From Sphingomonadales bacterium (lineage in GTDB: Bacteria > Pseudomonadota > Alphaproteobacteria > Sphingomonadales > Sphingomonadaceae): a DNA stretch of 64,000 nucleotides. Below the pieces are notes generated by a model, which was not told the origin of the DNA, ran no database searches, and saw only the letters and a list, made by a program, of their open reading frames with translations. This document shows positions 30,895-40,756 of the stretch, piece after piece. Positions within the stretch are counted from its first letter, which is position 1. Every line of letters starts with the position of its first letter. The position numbers and the translations under genes were made by a program. The DNA lies in contig JBBSKI010000003.1 of NCBI GenBank assembly GCA_038256425.1, forward strand, positions 3,392-67,391. The letters run 5' to 3'.

Positions 30895-33800
30895 TGAAAA
30901 TCGCGCGATGGGGGCAAAACCCGGGGGATGACCCGGACGTCACGCGGGTGGCCTTGCTGGAACCCGCAGTCGCGATTTCCCGGCGGGGGCGGATCGAACG
31001 GCTCGACCGGAGCAATGGGCGGCCCGATCGCCGGGGCTGAAAACTTGCTCGGCAGCGGATTGTTGCAATGATCGGCGCGCGCGATCGTGGTGGGCAGGAG
31101 ATCGTCCGACAGGGCGTGGAGCGCTGCCGTGGCGTCGGTCAGGTGGGCGGCGATGACGTGGATCACCTCGTCGTCGTACTCCACCCGCCCGCGCACTTCC
31201 ATCAACCGCGCACCCATCACCACCTTGCGCTGGCGCTCCTTGAGATCGGGCCAGACGACCAGATTGATGACCCCGGTCTCGTCCTCCAGCGTGATGAACA
31301 CCACGCCCTTGGCGCTGCCGGGGCGCTGGCGGATCAGGACCACGCCGGCGACCTGGACGATGCTGCGGAGTTTGCGCGCGCGCAGATCGGCGGCGCGGAC
31401 GAAGCCGCGCTCGGCCAGCCCCGCGCGCAAAAAGGCCAGGGGGTGCGCTTTCAGGCTCAACCGCTGGGTCTGGTAATCGGCGACCACCTCCTCGCTCAGC
31501 GGCATTGCGGGAAGCGTGGTGCGGCGGCGCTCCTCACCCTGGTCGCGGGCATCAGCAGCAGCGAACAACGGCAGCCCCGCCCCGCCGATCAGGCTGCGCG
31601 CGTCCCACAGCGCCTGCCGCCGTGGCAATCCGAGCGAGCCGAACGCATCGGCCGCGGCGAGTCGCTCGATATGCGCCGGGCTCAGCCCCGCCCGGTCGCG
31701 CAGCGCGGCGACATCGGCAAATGCCCCGCCCGCCACGCGCGCGCTCACCAGTGCGGCGGCGACATGTTCGGGCAGCCCGTCGATCTGCCGCAGACCGAGG
31801 CGCAGGGCGAGGTGGGCTTCGAGAGAAGGATGAGAATCCCGGCGAGGTGCCGCCGCTACATCCTCCAGCGCGCAGTCCCAGCCTGAGAAATTCACGTCCA
31901 CCGGCAGCACCGGCACCCCGTGGTCCACCGCATCCCGCACGATCTGCGCAGGCGCGTAAAAGCCCATCGGCTGCGAATTGAGCAGCCCGCAGGCAAACGC
32001 CGCCGGGTAATGGCATTTTAGCCAGCTCGAGACGTAGACCAGATGCGCAAAGCTGGCGGCGTGGCTTTCGGGAAAGCCGTATTCGCCGAAGCCGCGGATC
32101 TGGTTGAAGCAGCGCTGCGCGAAATCGCGGTCATAACCGCGCGCGACCATCCGCTCGACCATCATGTCCTGTAATTCGTCGACCATCCCGCGCGAACGAA
32201 AGGTCGCCATCGCCTTGCGCAGCCGGTTGGCCTCGGCCCCTGAAAATTTCGCCGCGTCCAGCGCGATCTTCATCGCCTGCTCCTGGAAGATCGGCACTCC
32301 CAGCGTGCGCCCGAGGATGCTGGTGAGCTCGTCGGGCGGCCCGTGGGCTGGGCCGGGAGCCGGAATCTCGACCTTCTCCTCGCCGCGCCGCCGCTTGAGA
32401 TAGGGGTGGACCATATCGCCCTGGATCGGGCCCGGCCGCACGATCGCAACCTGGATGACGAGATCGTAGAACTCGCGCGGGCGCAGCCGCGGCAGCATGT
32501 TCATCTGCGCCCGGCTCTCAACCTGGAACACGCCGAGCGAATCGCCCTTGCGCAACATCGCGTAGACTTCCGGGTCCTCACGCGGGACGGAGGCCAGCGT
32601 CAGCAGGCGCGCGTGGTGATCCTCCAGCAGGTTCAGACATTTGGCGATGCAGGTCAGCATGCCGAGCGCCAGCACATCGACCTTGAGGATGCCGAGCGCG
32701 TCGATATCGTCCTTGTCCCATTCGATGAAACTGCGCTCGGGCATCGCTCCGTTGCCGATCGGCACGGTTTCGGTCAGCGGGTTCTGGGTGAGGATGAAGC
32801 CGCCGACGTGCTGGCCCAGATGGCGCGGCATCCCGATCATCTGTTCGGTCAGCTTCAGCACCCGGCGCAGATGCGGATCGCCCGGATCGAGGCCCGTCTC
32901 GGCAACATGGCGATCGCCGATCTCGGTCCCCCACCCGCCCCACACGGTGCGGGCCAGCGCGCTGGTGATGTCCTCGCTCAATCCCATCGCCTTGCCGACC
33001 TCGCGGACCGCCATGCGCGGGCGGTAATGGATCACCGTGGCGCACAGCCCGGCGCGGTGGCGGCCATAGCGGCGATAGATATACTGGATCACCTCCTCGC
33101 GCCGCTCGTGCTCGAAATCGACGTCGATATCAGGCGGTTCCTTGCGCTCCTCGGAGATGAAGCGATCGAACAGCAGCGCGTGCTTGGCCGGATCGACCGC
33201 CGTGATCTCGAGGCAATAACACACCGCCGAATTGGCCGCCGAACCGCGCCCCTGGCACAGGATCGGCGGATCGCAGCCCCGCGCGAAATCGACGATGTCC
33301 TTGATGGTGAGGAAATAGCGCGCGAGGTCGAGCTTGGCGATCAGCGCCAGTTCGCGCCGCAGCGTATCGCGCACCGGCTCGGGCACGCCGCCACCCGTTT
33401 CATTGGCGGGATAGCGCGTATCGGCCCCTTCCCAGGTCAGCCGTTCAAGCTGCGCCTGCGGATCGCGCCCTTCGGGGCAGATCTCCTCCGGGTATTCATA
33501 ACGCAGTTCGGACAGGCTGAAGTTGCAGGCATCGGCCACCGCGCGCGCGGCGACCAGCGCGTGCGGCCAGCGTGCGAACAGCCGCGCCATTTCCTCGGGC
33601 GATTTGAGGTGCCGTTCGGCGTTGGGCTGGAGCAGGTGGCCTGCTGCCGCGACCGTAGTCTTGTGGCGGATCGCAGTCATCACATCATGGAGCGGACGGC
33701 GCTCGGGCGCGTGATAGAGCACTTCGTTGGTGGCCAGCAGGGTCAGCCCGTTGCCCTGCGCCAAGGCGTCGAGCCGGTCGATCCGGGCAATATCGTCGCC

Positions 33801-34613
33801 GCTATAGAGGTAGGCGGCGGCCAGATGGCGCAGCGTCGGGAGTTGCGCGGTCAGATGGGGGAGGATGTCGGGGAACGGAGCGGTAAAACAAGTTTGCTCT
33901 TGCAAAGGCGCAAAGGCGCAAAGAGGTTCCGCTTCGGGCGCAGCCCCTGTCAATTCCAACGGTGTAGCGGACCCGGTACCGGAATTGGAGAAAGAGGCCT
34001 GCGGCGCAGCACGGCCTCTTTGCGCCTTCGCGCCTTTGCGAGAGTCCCTTTCTTCCCCCTTTCTCAGCCCCTTCGCGCCTTCGCGTGAATCAAATCGAAC
34101 GACATTGCTCGCCACCGCAATCGTCAGTTCGGCATCCAGATTGCGCGAGGGGATGAGGATCAGCTGCACATCCTCGGCATGTCCAGCCAGCATCGCCAGC
34201 GAAATCTGGCAGACCCCCTTGTCCTGCCAGCCGCCATCGAGCGTGCCCATCCGCCCGGCCGAAATCAGGCGGCACAAGCGCCCGTAAGCCGCGCGATCAA
34301 CCGGATAGGCGAGGAACGCCAGCCCCTCGACCGTCTCGATCCGGCAGCCGATTATTGGTGTCAGTTTAAGCGTTCCGGCCTCGCAATGCAGCCGCACCAC
34401 CCCGGCCATCGAGTTGGCATCGGCGATACCCAGCGCGTCATAGCCCAGCGCGCGCGCGGTCAGCACCAGGTCGACCGCATCCGAAGCGCCGCGCAGGAAC
34501 GAAAAGCAGCTCGCGATACCCAGTTCGACGAAAGCCGCGCGTTCGGGCGGGGCGATCTGGGCCGGATCGAGTTCGATCGTCCGGCGCGGCTGGATGAGAT
34601 CGTTTTCGGGCAC
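30891..34613 (-). CDS. dnaE2: Error-prone DNA polymerase DnaE2 (ImuC)
   Basis: PHP domain (FSFLRGAS), GRGSAANS, PPDIDVDFE, FQVESRAQM and the diagnostic C-terminal SRDFH. Confidence 0.96.
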   Translation of the reverse strand: MPENDLIQPRRTIELDPAQIAPPERAAFVELGIASCFSFLRGASDAVDLVLTARALGYDALGIADANSMAGVVRLHCEAGTLKLTPIIGCRIETVEGLAFLAYPVDRAAYGRLCRLISAGRMGTLDGGWQDKGVCQISLAMLAGHAEDVQLILIPSRNLDAELTIAVASNVVRFDSREGAKGLRKGEERDSRKGAKAQRGRAAPQASFSNSGTGSATPLELTGAAPEAEPLCAFAPLQEQTCFTAPFPDILPHLTAQLPTLRHLAAAYLYSGDDIARIDRLDALAQGNGLTLLATNEVLYHAPERRPLHDVMTAIRHKTTVAAAGHLLQPNAERHLKSPEEMARLFARWPHALVAARAVADACNFSLSELRYEYPEEICPEGRDPQAQLERLTWEGADTRYPANETGGGVPEPVRDTLRRELALIAKLDLARYFLTIKDIVDFARGCDPPILCQGRGSAANSAVCYCLEITAVDPAKHALLFDRFISEERKEPPDIDVDFEHERREEVIQYIYRRYGRHRAGLCATVIHYRPRMAVREVGKAMGLSEDITSALARTVWGGWGTEIGDRHVAETGLDPGDPHLRRVLKLTEQMIGMPRHLGQHVGGFILTQNPLTETVPIGNGAMPERSFIEWDKDDIDALGILKVDVLALGMLTCIAKCLNLLEDHHARLLTLASVPREDPEVYAMLRKGDSLGVFQVESRAQMNMLPRLRPREFYDLVIQVAIVRPGPIQGDMVHPYLKRRRGEEKVEIPAPGPAHGPPDELTSILGRTLGVPIFQEQAMKIALDAAKFSGAEANRLRKAMATFRSRGMVDELQDMMVERMVARGYDRDFAQRCFNQIRGFGEYGFPESHAASFAHLVYVSSWLKCHYPAAFACGLLNSQPMGFYAPAQIVRDAVDHGVPVLPVDVNFSGWDCALEDVAAAPRRDSHPSLEAHLALRLGLRQIDGLPEHVAAALVSARVAGGAFADVAALRDRAGLSPAHIERLAAADAFGSLGLPRRQALWDARSLIGGAGLPLFAAADARDQGEERRRTTLPAMPLSEEVVADYQTQRLSLKAHPLAFLRAGLAERGFVRAADLRARKLRSIVQVAGVVLIRQRPGSAKGVVFITLEDETGVINLVVWPDLKERQRKVVMGARLMEVRGRVEYDDEVIHVIAAHLTDATAALHALSDDLLPTTIARADHCNNPLPSKFSAPAIGPPIAPVEPFDPPPPGNRDCGFQQGHPRDVRVIPRVLPPSRDFH
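33897..34089. repeat. REP-like inverted repeat inserted in frame inside dnaE2
   Basis: 30-bp arms at 33897-33926 and 34015-34044 (2 mismatches), built from GCAAAGGC-type units, plus a third partial copy at 34071-34089. Confidence 0.8.
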
Positions 34614-34616
34614 GGC

Positions 34617-36089
34617 TCAAGCCGCAAGCTCGGCCAACCGCCCCGCAACCGCGCGCAGATCGGCGGCGAAACGCGCTTCCTCGCCCGCGCGGGCGGCATC
34701 CTCGAGGCGCAGCAGGTAGGACGGATGCGTGGTGATCCACAGCTCGGCCCCGTCCTCCAGCCGCTGCGGAACCCCGCGCACCTTCTGGACGCTGACCGTC
34801 TTGCCCAGCAGCGAGCGCGCTGCACTGGCCCCCAGCGCCAGCACGAGTTGCGGGCGGACGATGCCACGCTCGCTCTCGACCCACCAGCGGCAGATGTCGA
34901 TTTCCTTGGCGGTCGGCGACTGGTGGAGGCGATGCTTGCCCCCCCGAACGATCTTGGGCGTGAACTTGAAATGCTTGACCGCATTGGTGACGTAGGTCGC
35001 GCGCTCGGCAATGCCCGCATCGCCCAGATGGGCGCGCAGCAGCCGTCCGGCGGGGCCGATGAACGGGCGGCCTTGCTGCTCCTCGACATCGCCGGGCTGC
35101 TCCCCGACGATCATCAGCCCATTGAAGTCCCGGGACGCCCGTTCCGGCCCCTCGCCCATCACCGCCCGCGTTCCGTTGCAACCGATCTCGCAGCGGCGAC
35201 AGGCCTGGACCGCCGCGCCGATCGCCTCCAGAGTCGCGGGCCGCTCCGCCTCGTCGAACCGGGTTTCGCCCGCGCTCACCATCGTCGCCTCGCGGGCCTG
35301 CGCCCCCGCGATCAGCGCGGGGATCAGCGCGGCTTCGGGCATGTTTTTCCAGTAACGGCGCGGCATCTCCTTGAGCATCGCGCCGACTTTCAGACGCGCG
35401 GGATTGAAGATCGAGGCGTAATAGCTGCGCCACAGGTCTTCGGCCGGATCATCACCGGGCGCATCGCCGCGCTGCGCGGGCGGGCCTTCGATCAGGGTGG
35501 TTCCGTCCCAGTGGAGCGCGCCCAGCGGGGTCAGGATCGACCAGGTCATCGCGGTGAATCGCTCGACGAAGAACTTCGCAACGCTGCGCAGGATGTGGTG
35601 ATCGGGCTCGAACCAGGCGACGTAGTGTTCGGCCCCCGTATCGCTTTCCACCACCCGGAACCGCACGAAGGCGTGCATCTTGTGGATGTCGCGGCGCACG
35701 ACCCGTGCGAGATCGCCGATCCGGCGGACATCGGCATCTGCCGCATCCTCCATCAGCCGGGGTTGCGCCTGAAGCCGCCACAACAGCCGATAGAGCAGCG
35801 CGAACCGGGTGGGATCGCGATGCAAAATCGCCTTTTGCGCCAATTGCAGAAACGCGCGCGGCACCCGCGGCGGGGTGGCATCGGCGGGCGGCGTCGGGAG
35901 CCGCTTGCCGCCGTCCGCGAACAGATCACCGCCCTCCCCGCCCGGCTCGCTCCAGCTCACCCGATCGGGCGGTACATCGGCCATCAGCAAGCGCCGCGCA
36001 TTGTCCCGCCACCCGTCGAAATCGTCGGACGTGGCCAGCGGGACGGAAAAGCCCGTGGCAATCCGCATGTCGCGAAACGGCGCGGTCAT
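34617..36089 (-). CDS. udgX: DUF4130 (TIGR03915-like)-UdgX family uracil-DNA binding protein fusion
   Basis: N-terminal RDIHKMHAFVRF, FEPDHHI, IFNPARLK, EMPRRYWKNMPE; C-terminal CxxC, GEQPG, NAVKHFKF, GKHRLH (KRRIH-like loop), HPSYLLR. Confidence 0.88.
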   Translation of the reverse strand: MTAPFRDMRIATGFSVPLATSDDFDGWRDNARRLLMADVPPDRVSWSEPGGEGGDLFADGGKRLPTPPADATPPRVPRAFLQLAQKAILHRDPTRFALLYRLLWRLQAQPRLMEDAADADVRRIGDLARVVRRDIHKMHAFVRFRVVESDTGAEHYVAWFEPDHHILRSVAKFFVERFTAMTWSILTPLGALHWDGTTLIEGPPAQRGDAPGDDPAEDLWRSYYASIFNPARLKVGAMLKEMPRRYWKNMPEAALIPALIAGAQAREATMVSAGETRFDEAERPATLEAIGAAVQACRRCEIGCNGTRAVMGEGPERASRDFNGLMIVGEQPGDVEEQQGRPFIGPAGRLLRAHLGDAGIAERATYVTNAVKHFKFTPKIVRGGKHRLHQSPTAKEIDICRWWVESERGIVRPQLVLALGASAARSLLGKTVSVQKVRGVPQRLEDGAELWITTHPSYLLRLEDAARAGEEARFAADLRAVAGRLAELAA

Positions 36090-36096
36090 CTGGAGC

Positions 36097-37344
36097 CTAA
36101 GCCGCGAACAGTTCGAGCTGGGTCTCCCGCCGGGGGGCGAGCAGCGCGTGGAGGTCGGCGCGGTCGGTCAGGAGGAGCGGACGCCAGTCAGCCGCGACCA
36201 CGAACGGGCGGATTTTCACCACCGACACGGTCAGCTTCGCCACATCCTCCAGCCGCAGGGTTCGGTGCCGCCGCGCGCGGATCAGCGCGTCGACCGCGCG
36301 CACCCCCAGCCTCGGCACGCGCAGCAGCGCCTCGCGCGGGGCGCGATTGACGTCGACCGGAAAACGCTCGCGGAATTTGAGCGCCCAGGCCAGCTTGGGG
36401 TCTATATCGAGCGGCAGCATCCCGTCCGCCCCCGCCGCATCCTGCACCTCGCCCGGCGAATAACCATAGAACCGCATCAGCCAGTCGGACTGGTACAAGC
36501 GATGCTCGCGGATCAACGGCGGGCGTTTGAGCGGCAGCACCGCGCTCGCATCGGGGATCGGGCTGAACGCCGAGTAATAGACCCGGCGCAGCCCGAACCG
36601 GCCATACAGCGAGCTTGCCTTGCCGACGATGTCGGCGTCGCTCGCCGCATCGGCCCCGACGATCATCTGGGTCGATTGACCGGCGGGCGCGAACCGCGGG
36701 GCGGACTTGAACCGCTTGCGTGCGTCCTTGGCTTCCACGATCTCGCGCTTGAGCCCGGCCATCGCGCCTTCGATCTGGGTGGCGGACTTGTCCGGCGCGA
36801 GCCGGGTCAACCCGGCATCGGTCGGCAGTTCGACATTGATCGAGACGCGATCGGCATAAAGCCCGGCCTGTGCGAGCAGTTCGGGATCGGCCTCGGGAAT
36901 CGTCTTGAGGTGGATATAGCCGCGAAAATCATGCTCCTCCCGCAAAATCCGCGCGACCTCCACCAGCTGCTCCATGGTGTGGTTCGACGATTTCACGATC
37001 CCCGAGGAGAGGAACAACCCCTCGATGTAATTGCGGCGATAGAAACTTAGCGTCAGGTCGACCACTTCCTGCGGGGTGAACCGCGCGCGCACGACGTTCG
37101 AGCTCTTGCGGTTGATGCAATAATGGCAATCGAACACGCAGTGATTGGTCAGCAGGATTTTCAGCAACGAGATGCAGCGCCCGTCCGGTGCATAGGCATG
37201 GCAGATGCCCGTCCCTCCGGTCGAGCCGATCCCTTTTCCGCCCTTGCTGGTCCGCGTGGCGGTGCCCGACGAGGCGCACGAGGCATCGTACTTGGCGGCG
37301 TCGGCCAGGATTTCGAGACGTTCGATGATCGGCAGCTGCGGCAT
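36097..37344 (-). CDS. Putative DNA modification/repair radical SAM protein (TIGR03916-like)
   Basis: AKYDASCASSG, GICHAYAPDGRCISLLK, CxxxCxxC (CVFDCHYC), REHRLYQSDWLMRFYG, HhH, C-terminal QLELF. Confidence 0.92.
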   Translation of the reverse strand: MPQLPIIERLEILADAAKYDASCASSGTATRTSKGGKGIGSTGGTGICHAYAPDGRCISLLKILLTNHCVFDCHYCINRKSSNVVRARFTPQEVVDLTLSFYRRNYIEGLFLSSGIVKSSNHTMEQLVEVARILREEHDFRGYIHLKTIPEADPELLAQAGLYADRVSINVELPTDAGLTRLAPDKSATQIEGAMAGLKREIVEAKDARKRFKSAPRFAPAGQSTQMIVGADAASDADIVGKASSLYGRFGLRRVYYSAFSPIPDASAVLPLKRPPLIREHRLYQSDWLMRFYGYSPGEVQDAAGADGMLPLDIDPKLAWALKFRERFPVDVNRAPREALLRVPRLGVRAVDALIRARRHRTLRLEDVAKLTVSVVKIRPFVVAADWRPLLLTDRADLHALLAPRRETQLELFAA

Positions 37345-37346
37345 TA

Positions 37347-37361
37347 GTTCTATATATGTTC
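37347..37361. promoter_or_regulatory. Alphaproteobacterial LexA (SOS) box
   Basis: GTTC-TATATAT-GTTC (GTTC-N7-GTTC), 2 nt upstream of the radical SAM ATG. Confidence 0.88.
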
Positions 37362-37427
37362 TCACCGTGCCGCTGGCGAGTCCTTTTATCGCAACAGTTT
37401 GTATCTCAGAGGTTTGCATCGCGATGG

Positions 37428-37452
37428 GGAACCCTGTTCACAACCGGCGGTT
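37428..37452 (+). promoter_or_regulatory. EcfG-type promoter
   Basis: GGAAC-N16-GGTT, 35 bp upstream of the hydrolase ATG. Confidence 0.65.
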
Positions 37453-37487
37453 CAATCCCGGTACGATACCCCTACCGGAGAACCCCC

Positions 37488-38417
37488 ATGCCGATGATCG
37501 AAACCCGTGACGGAACCCGCCTTTACGCAAAGGTCTGGGGCGAAGGTCCTCCGGTGGTGCTGATTCACGGCTGGCCGCTGTCGGGCGACAGCTGGGATCC
37601 GATCAGCCACGCGCTGGTCGAGGCGGGCTTCACCGCTATCGCTTACGACCGCCGTGGTTTCGGACGTTCGGATCAGCCTTCGGGCGGCTATGACTACGAT
37701 ACCTTCGCCGATGACCTTGCGGCGGTGCTGGAGCATTGCGCCAAGGGCCAGGACGCGGCGCTGATCGGCTTCTCGATGGGCGGCGGCGAGATTGCGCGCT
37801 ACCTCTCGCGCCATAGCGGAAAGGGCGTAAGCCGGGTCGCGCTGATAAGTTCGGTGGTGCCTTACATGCTCCAGACCGACGACAATCCCCAAGGCGTGCC
37901 GCAGGCGACATTCGATCAGATGACCGAAGGCATGCTGGCCGACCGGGCGCATTTCTTCACCTCGTTCTTCAAGGACTTCTACGGTGTCGGGTGGGTCACC
38001 CAGCCGGTCAGCGACGAGGTGCTGCACCTCAGCTGGATCACCGCGATGCAGGCCGGGCTGCGTCCGACGCTGCTCTCCGCACAGGCTTTTGCGACCACCG
38101 ATTTCCGTCCCGATCTGGCCAGCTTTACGATGCCGACGCTGGTGATCCACGGGACTGCCGACAAGACCGTGCCGATTGAGCCGACCGCGCGCGAAGTGGT
38201 CAAGGCGGTGCCGCACGCGCAGTTGATCGAATATGGCGGCGAGCCGCACGGGCTGTTCGCCACCCGGACCGAACGGCTGAAGGAAGACCTTCTGCAGTTT
38301 CTCAGCAATGGTGACGGACGCAGCGCTTTCGCCGGGCTGGATGACGCTTCTCCTGAAGCGCGCCAGGACATCATCGACGAGACGACGCGACAGAGCATGG
38401 TGACGCCGATAATGTGA
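37488..38417 (+). CDS. Alpha/beta hydrolase (non-heme chloroperoxidase/arylesterase-like)
   Basis: IHGWPL, YDRRGFGRS, GFSMGGGE, HGTADKTVP, PHGL motifs. Confidence 0.9.
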   Translation: MPMIETRDGTRLYAKVWGEGPPVVLIHGWPLSGDSWDPISHALVEAGFTAIAYDRRGFGRSDQPSGGYDYDTFADDLAAVLEHCAKGQDAALIGFSMGGGEIARYLSRHSGKGVSRVALISSVVPYMLQTDDNPQGVPQATFDQMTEGMLADRAHFFTSFFKDFYGVGWVTQPVSDEVLHLSWITAMQAGLRPTLLSAQAFATTDFRPDLASFTMPTLVIHGTADKTVPIEPTAREVVKAVPHAQLIEYGGEPHGLFATRTERLKEDLLQFLSNGDGRSAFAGLDDASPEARQDIIDETTRQSMVTPIM

Positions 38418-38428
38418 ACCGCATCGGG

Positions 38429-39982
38429 CTAGGCGCACAGCCCCTGCAGGAACCACTCGGGCGCGCCTCCCCGCCCATCGCCTGCCAGTCCTGAGCGGTA
38501 AATCCAGTAACGCGCGCCGGTGTCGTCCTCGATCCGGTAATAGTCGCGCAGCCGTGCACCGCCGCGTTCGCGCCACCATTCGGGCGCGATCCGCTCCGGG
38601 CCCTCGGCGCGCGCGATCTCATGCACCGTGCCGCGCCAGCGGAACCGGCGGGGCATCCCGTCGGGGGTGGCATAAAGCACCGCGATCGGTTCGGCGCGGT
38701 CGAGCAGCTTGAGCGGGCGGGCGTGGAAGGCCAGCTCGTCCTGCGCGGGTGGTGCGGGGGCCAGCGGCGATTGCCAACGCTGGGCGCGCTCGGGAATATG
38801 GCTGGCGTGGAGCACCGGGCGACGCACCGCACCTTCGCCCAGCCGCACCGCGATCCGATCGATACAGGCGGCCAGGCTGGTGCCATGCGCCTCTGCGGCC
38901 GTTTCGAAATCGCCTTGCCCCAACGCCAGCGGCTCGGCCCAGGGCACCCGCAGCCGGACCAGCTCGATCCCGAAACCGGCATCGATATCGTCGAGCCGCG
39001 CCGCGAACAGGCGGACGATATGGGCCGCATCGCGGCTGGCGGCGGCCAGTTCGAGGCGGCGCACGATCACCTCGCCATCGACTTTCCACGCCCCCAGTTC
39101 GAGCTGGCGGGCACCCAGCGCCCGGCCTTCGAGCACCCGCACCAGATCGGCGGCGAGATCGGCCAGCACCCGGTCGAGCAGTTCGCGATGGCGGATCGGC
39201 TCCATCAGCCGTCGCTGGACCAGCGGCGCCTCGACCGCGACGACCGGGAGCAATGGTTCGGGCACGGTGCCCAACAGCTGGTCGAGCCGGATCAGCGGAT
39301 TGGCGGCGGCCGAGCGCCGGTTGCGGAAGCGCCGGGCGAGCGCCGGGCGATCGATCCCGGACAAGTCGCCGAGCCGCTTGAGCCCCAGGCGGCGGAGCAG
39401 CAGCAGGACATCGTCGTCGAGCCGCAGCGCCGCGACCGGCAACTGCGCGAGCCGCGCGGCGGGGTCTTCCTCTGCGCCGAGAAGGGCATTGGCGGGACCG
39501 TGATGGGCGAGCGCCCAGGCCGCCCCGGCGGTCGGCGCGATGGCCATGCGGACCGTCAGGCGCCGCTTTGCAAAGGCGCGCGCGGCATCGGCCAGCAGCG
39601 CCTCCTCGCCGCCGAACAAGTGCGCGACCCCGCTGGTATCGACCACCAGCCCGTCGGGCGGATCGAGCGCGCTCCACCGCCCCCAGCGCTGCGCCCACAG
39701 CGCCAGGCTCTCCAGGAATGCCAGGTCGCCTGCCGGATCGGAGGGACGCACCGCCAGCCCCGGACATAGCGCGCGGGCATCGGCGAGCATCGTCCCGGAG
39801 CGCGCGCCCGCTGCCGCCCCGACGCGGTTGACGGCGGCAAGGCGCGGCCCGTGCGCGGTCTCGGCAATCAGCGCGAGCGGTTCCGCATCGGCCCCCTCGC
39901 CCTCGGCACAACCTTCGGCCAGACGCCAGCGATCGAGCGGAAGGCGAGCGAGCCAGATGGCGAGGATGCGGCGCGGGGGCAT
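38429..39982 (-). CDS. imuB: ImuB, Y-family polymerase-like mutasome subunit
   Basis: Y-family N-terminus with degenerate catalytic motifs, SHIPERA, RPLKLL, GPERIAPEWW, RDYYRIED...RYWIYR. Confidence 0.9.
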   Translation of the reverse strand: MPPRRILAIWLARLPLDRWRLAEGCAEGEGADAEPLALIAETAHGPRLAAVNRVGAAAGARSGTMLADARALCPGLAVRPSDPAGDLAFLESLALWAQRWGRWSALDPPDGLVVDTSGVAHLFGGEEALLADAARAFAKRRLTVRMAIAPTAGAAWALAHHGPANALLGAEEDPAARLAQLPVAALRLDDDVLLLLRRLGLKRLGDLSGIDRPALARRFRNRRSAAANPLIRLDQLLGTVPEPLLPVVAVEAPLVQRRLMEPIRHRELLDRVLADLAADLVRVLEGRALGARQLELGAWKVDGEVIVRRLELAAASRDAAHIVRLFAARLDDIDAGFGIELVRLRVPWAEPLALGQGDFETAAEAHGTSLAACIDRIAVRLGEGAVRRPVLHASHIPERAQRWQSPLAPAPPAQDELAFHARPLKLLDRAEPIAVLYATPDGMPRRFRWRGTVHEIARAEGPERIAPEWWRERGGARLRDYYRIEDDTGARYWIYRSGLAGDGRGGAPEWFLQGLCA

Positions 39983-39998
39983 TGGGCCTTCGGCCGGC

Positions 39999-40739
39999 TC
40001 AGGCTGAGCGGATTATGGGATTCAGATCCAAATCCCGATCAGGCCCGGCTGGCCGAAACGCGCCTTCGTCCGCCACCAAAACCCCGTCATCGCGCAGCAC
40101 CCAGTGCCCCGGCTGATACGTATGCGCGCGGAACAGTTCGGCCTTCCACGCGGGCGCGCCGGGAGCCGCCGCGTTCCAGCGCGGTGGGAGCGAGGGGGCC
40201 GAGCGCGCCTCCCAGCGCAGCCGCGCCGAGCCGAGATCGTGCGCGGCATCGAGCCGGACCAGCCACAGCGGCACCCCGTGGCGTTCTGCCACCAGGCTCA
40301 GCCGCCGCGAAGCAGTGAGGCCGAGCGCGCGCGGGTTGCCCGCGATCTCGCCGATCACGAAAGCCAGATCGCGGCAGCGCAGCCCTTCCTCCAGCGCGAA
40401 CAGCGCATCCTGGGCGCTATCGGCGGCGACATGGATCAGGCGATGGCGCAGGCCGCGCGGCAGGCCGGGGCGATAGGGCCGCCCGCCCAGCCGCCGCGCC
40501 GCCTTGTCCTGCACCCACAGCCAGGCGCGCTGATCGGGTGCATCGGACAGCTTGTCGAGCACGAGGCTATCAAGCGCGAGGGCCACCGCCAGCCCCGCCC
40601 CGCCCGCCTCGGTGGCAGGTGCAAAAATCTCGCCATGACGGCAGGTCGCGGGCAGCCCCGGCCGCCAGTGTTCGGTGCGCGCGGCAAGACCGGCGGAAAA
40701 ACCGCGCGTGAGACCGGCAGGGGGAGGTGAATGCGGCAT
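39999..40739 (-). CDS. imuA: ImuA (RecA-like) protein
   Basis: WLWVQD, DALFALEEGLRC, LTASRRLSL, W.AELFR motifs; directly upstream of imuB and LexA-boxed. Confidence 0.82.
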   Translation of the reverse strand: MPHSPPPAGLTRGFSAGLAARTEHWRPGLPATCRHGEIFAPATEAGGAGLAVALALDSLVLDKLSDAPDQRAWLWVQDKAARRLGGRPYRPGLPRGLRHRLIHVAADSAQDALFALEEGLRCRDLAFVIGEIAGNPRALGLTASRRLSLVAERHGVPLWLVRLDAAHDLGSARLRWEARSAPSLPPRWNAAAPGAPAWKAELFRAHTYQPGHWVLRDDGVLVADEGAFRPAGPDRDLDLNPIIRSA

Positions 40740-40756
40740 GGCGAATCGACTCTGTT

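Noticed and set aside
33880-34095. Intein in DnaE2
   Set aside because: No Cys/Ser start, no His-Asn end and no splicing-domain motifs; the insert is explained by the palindromic repeat.
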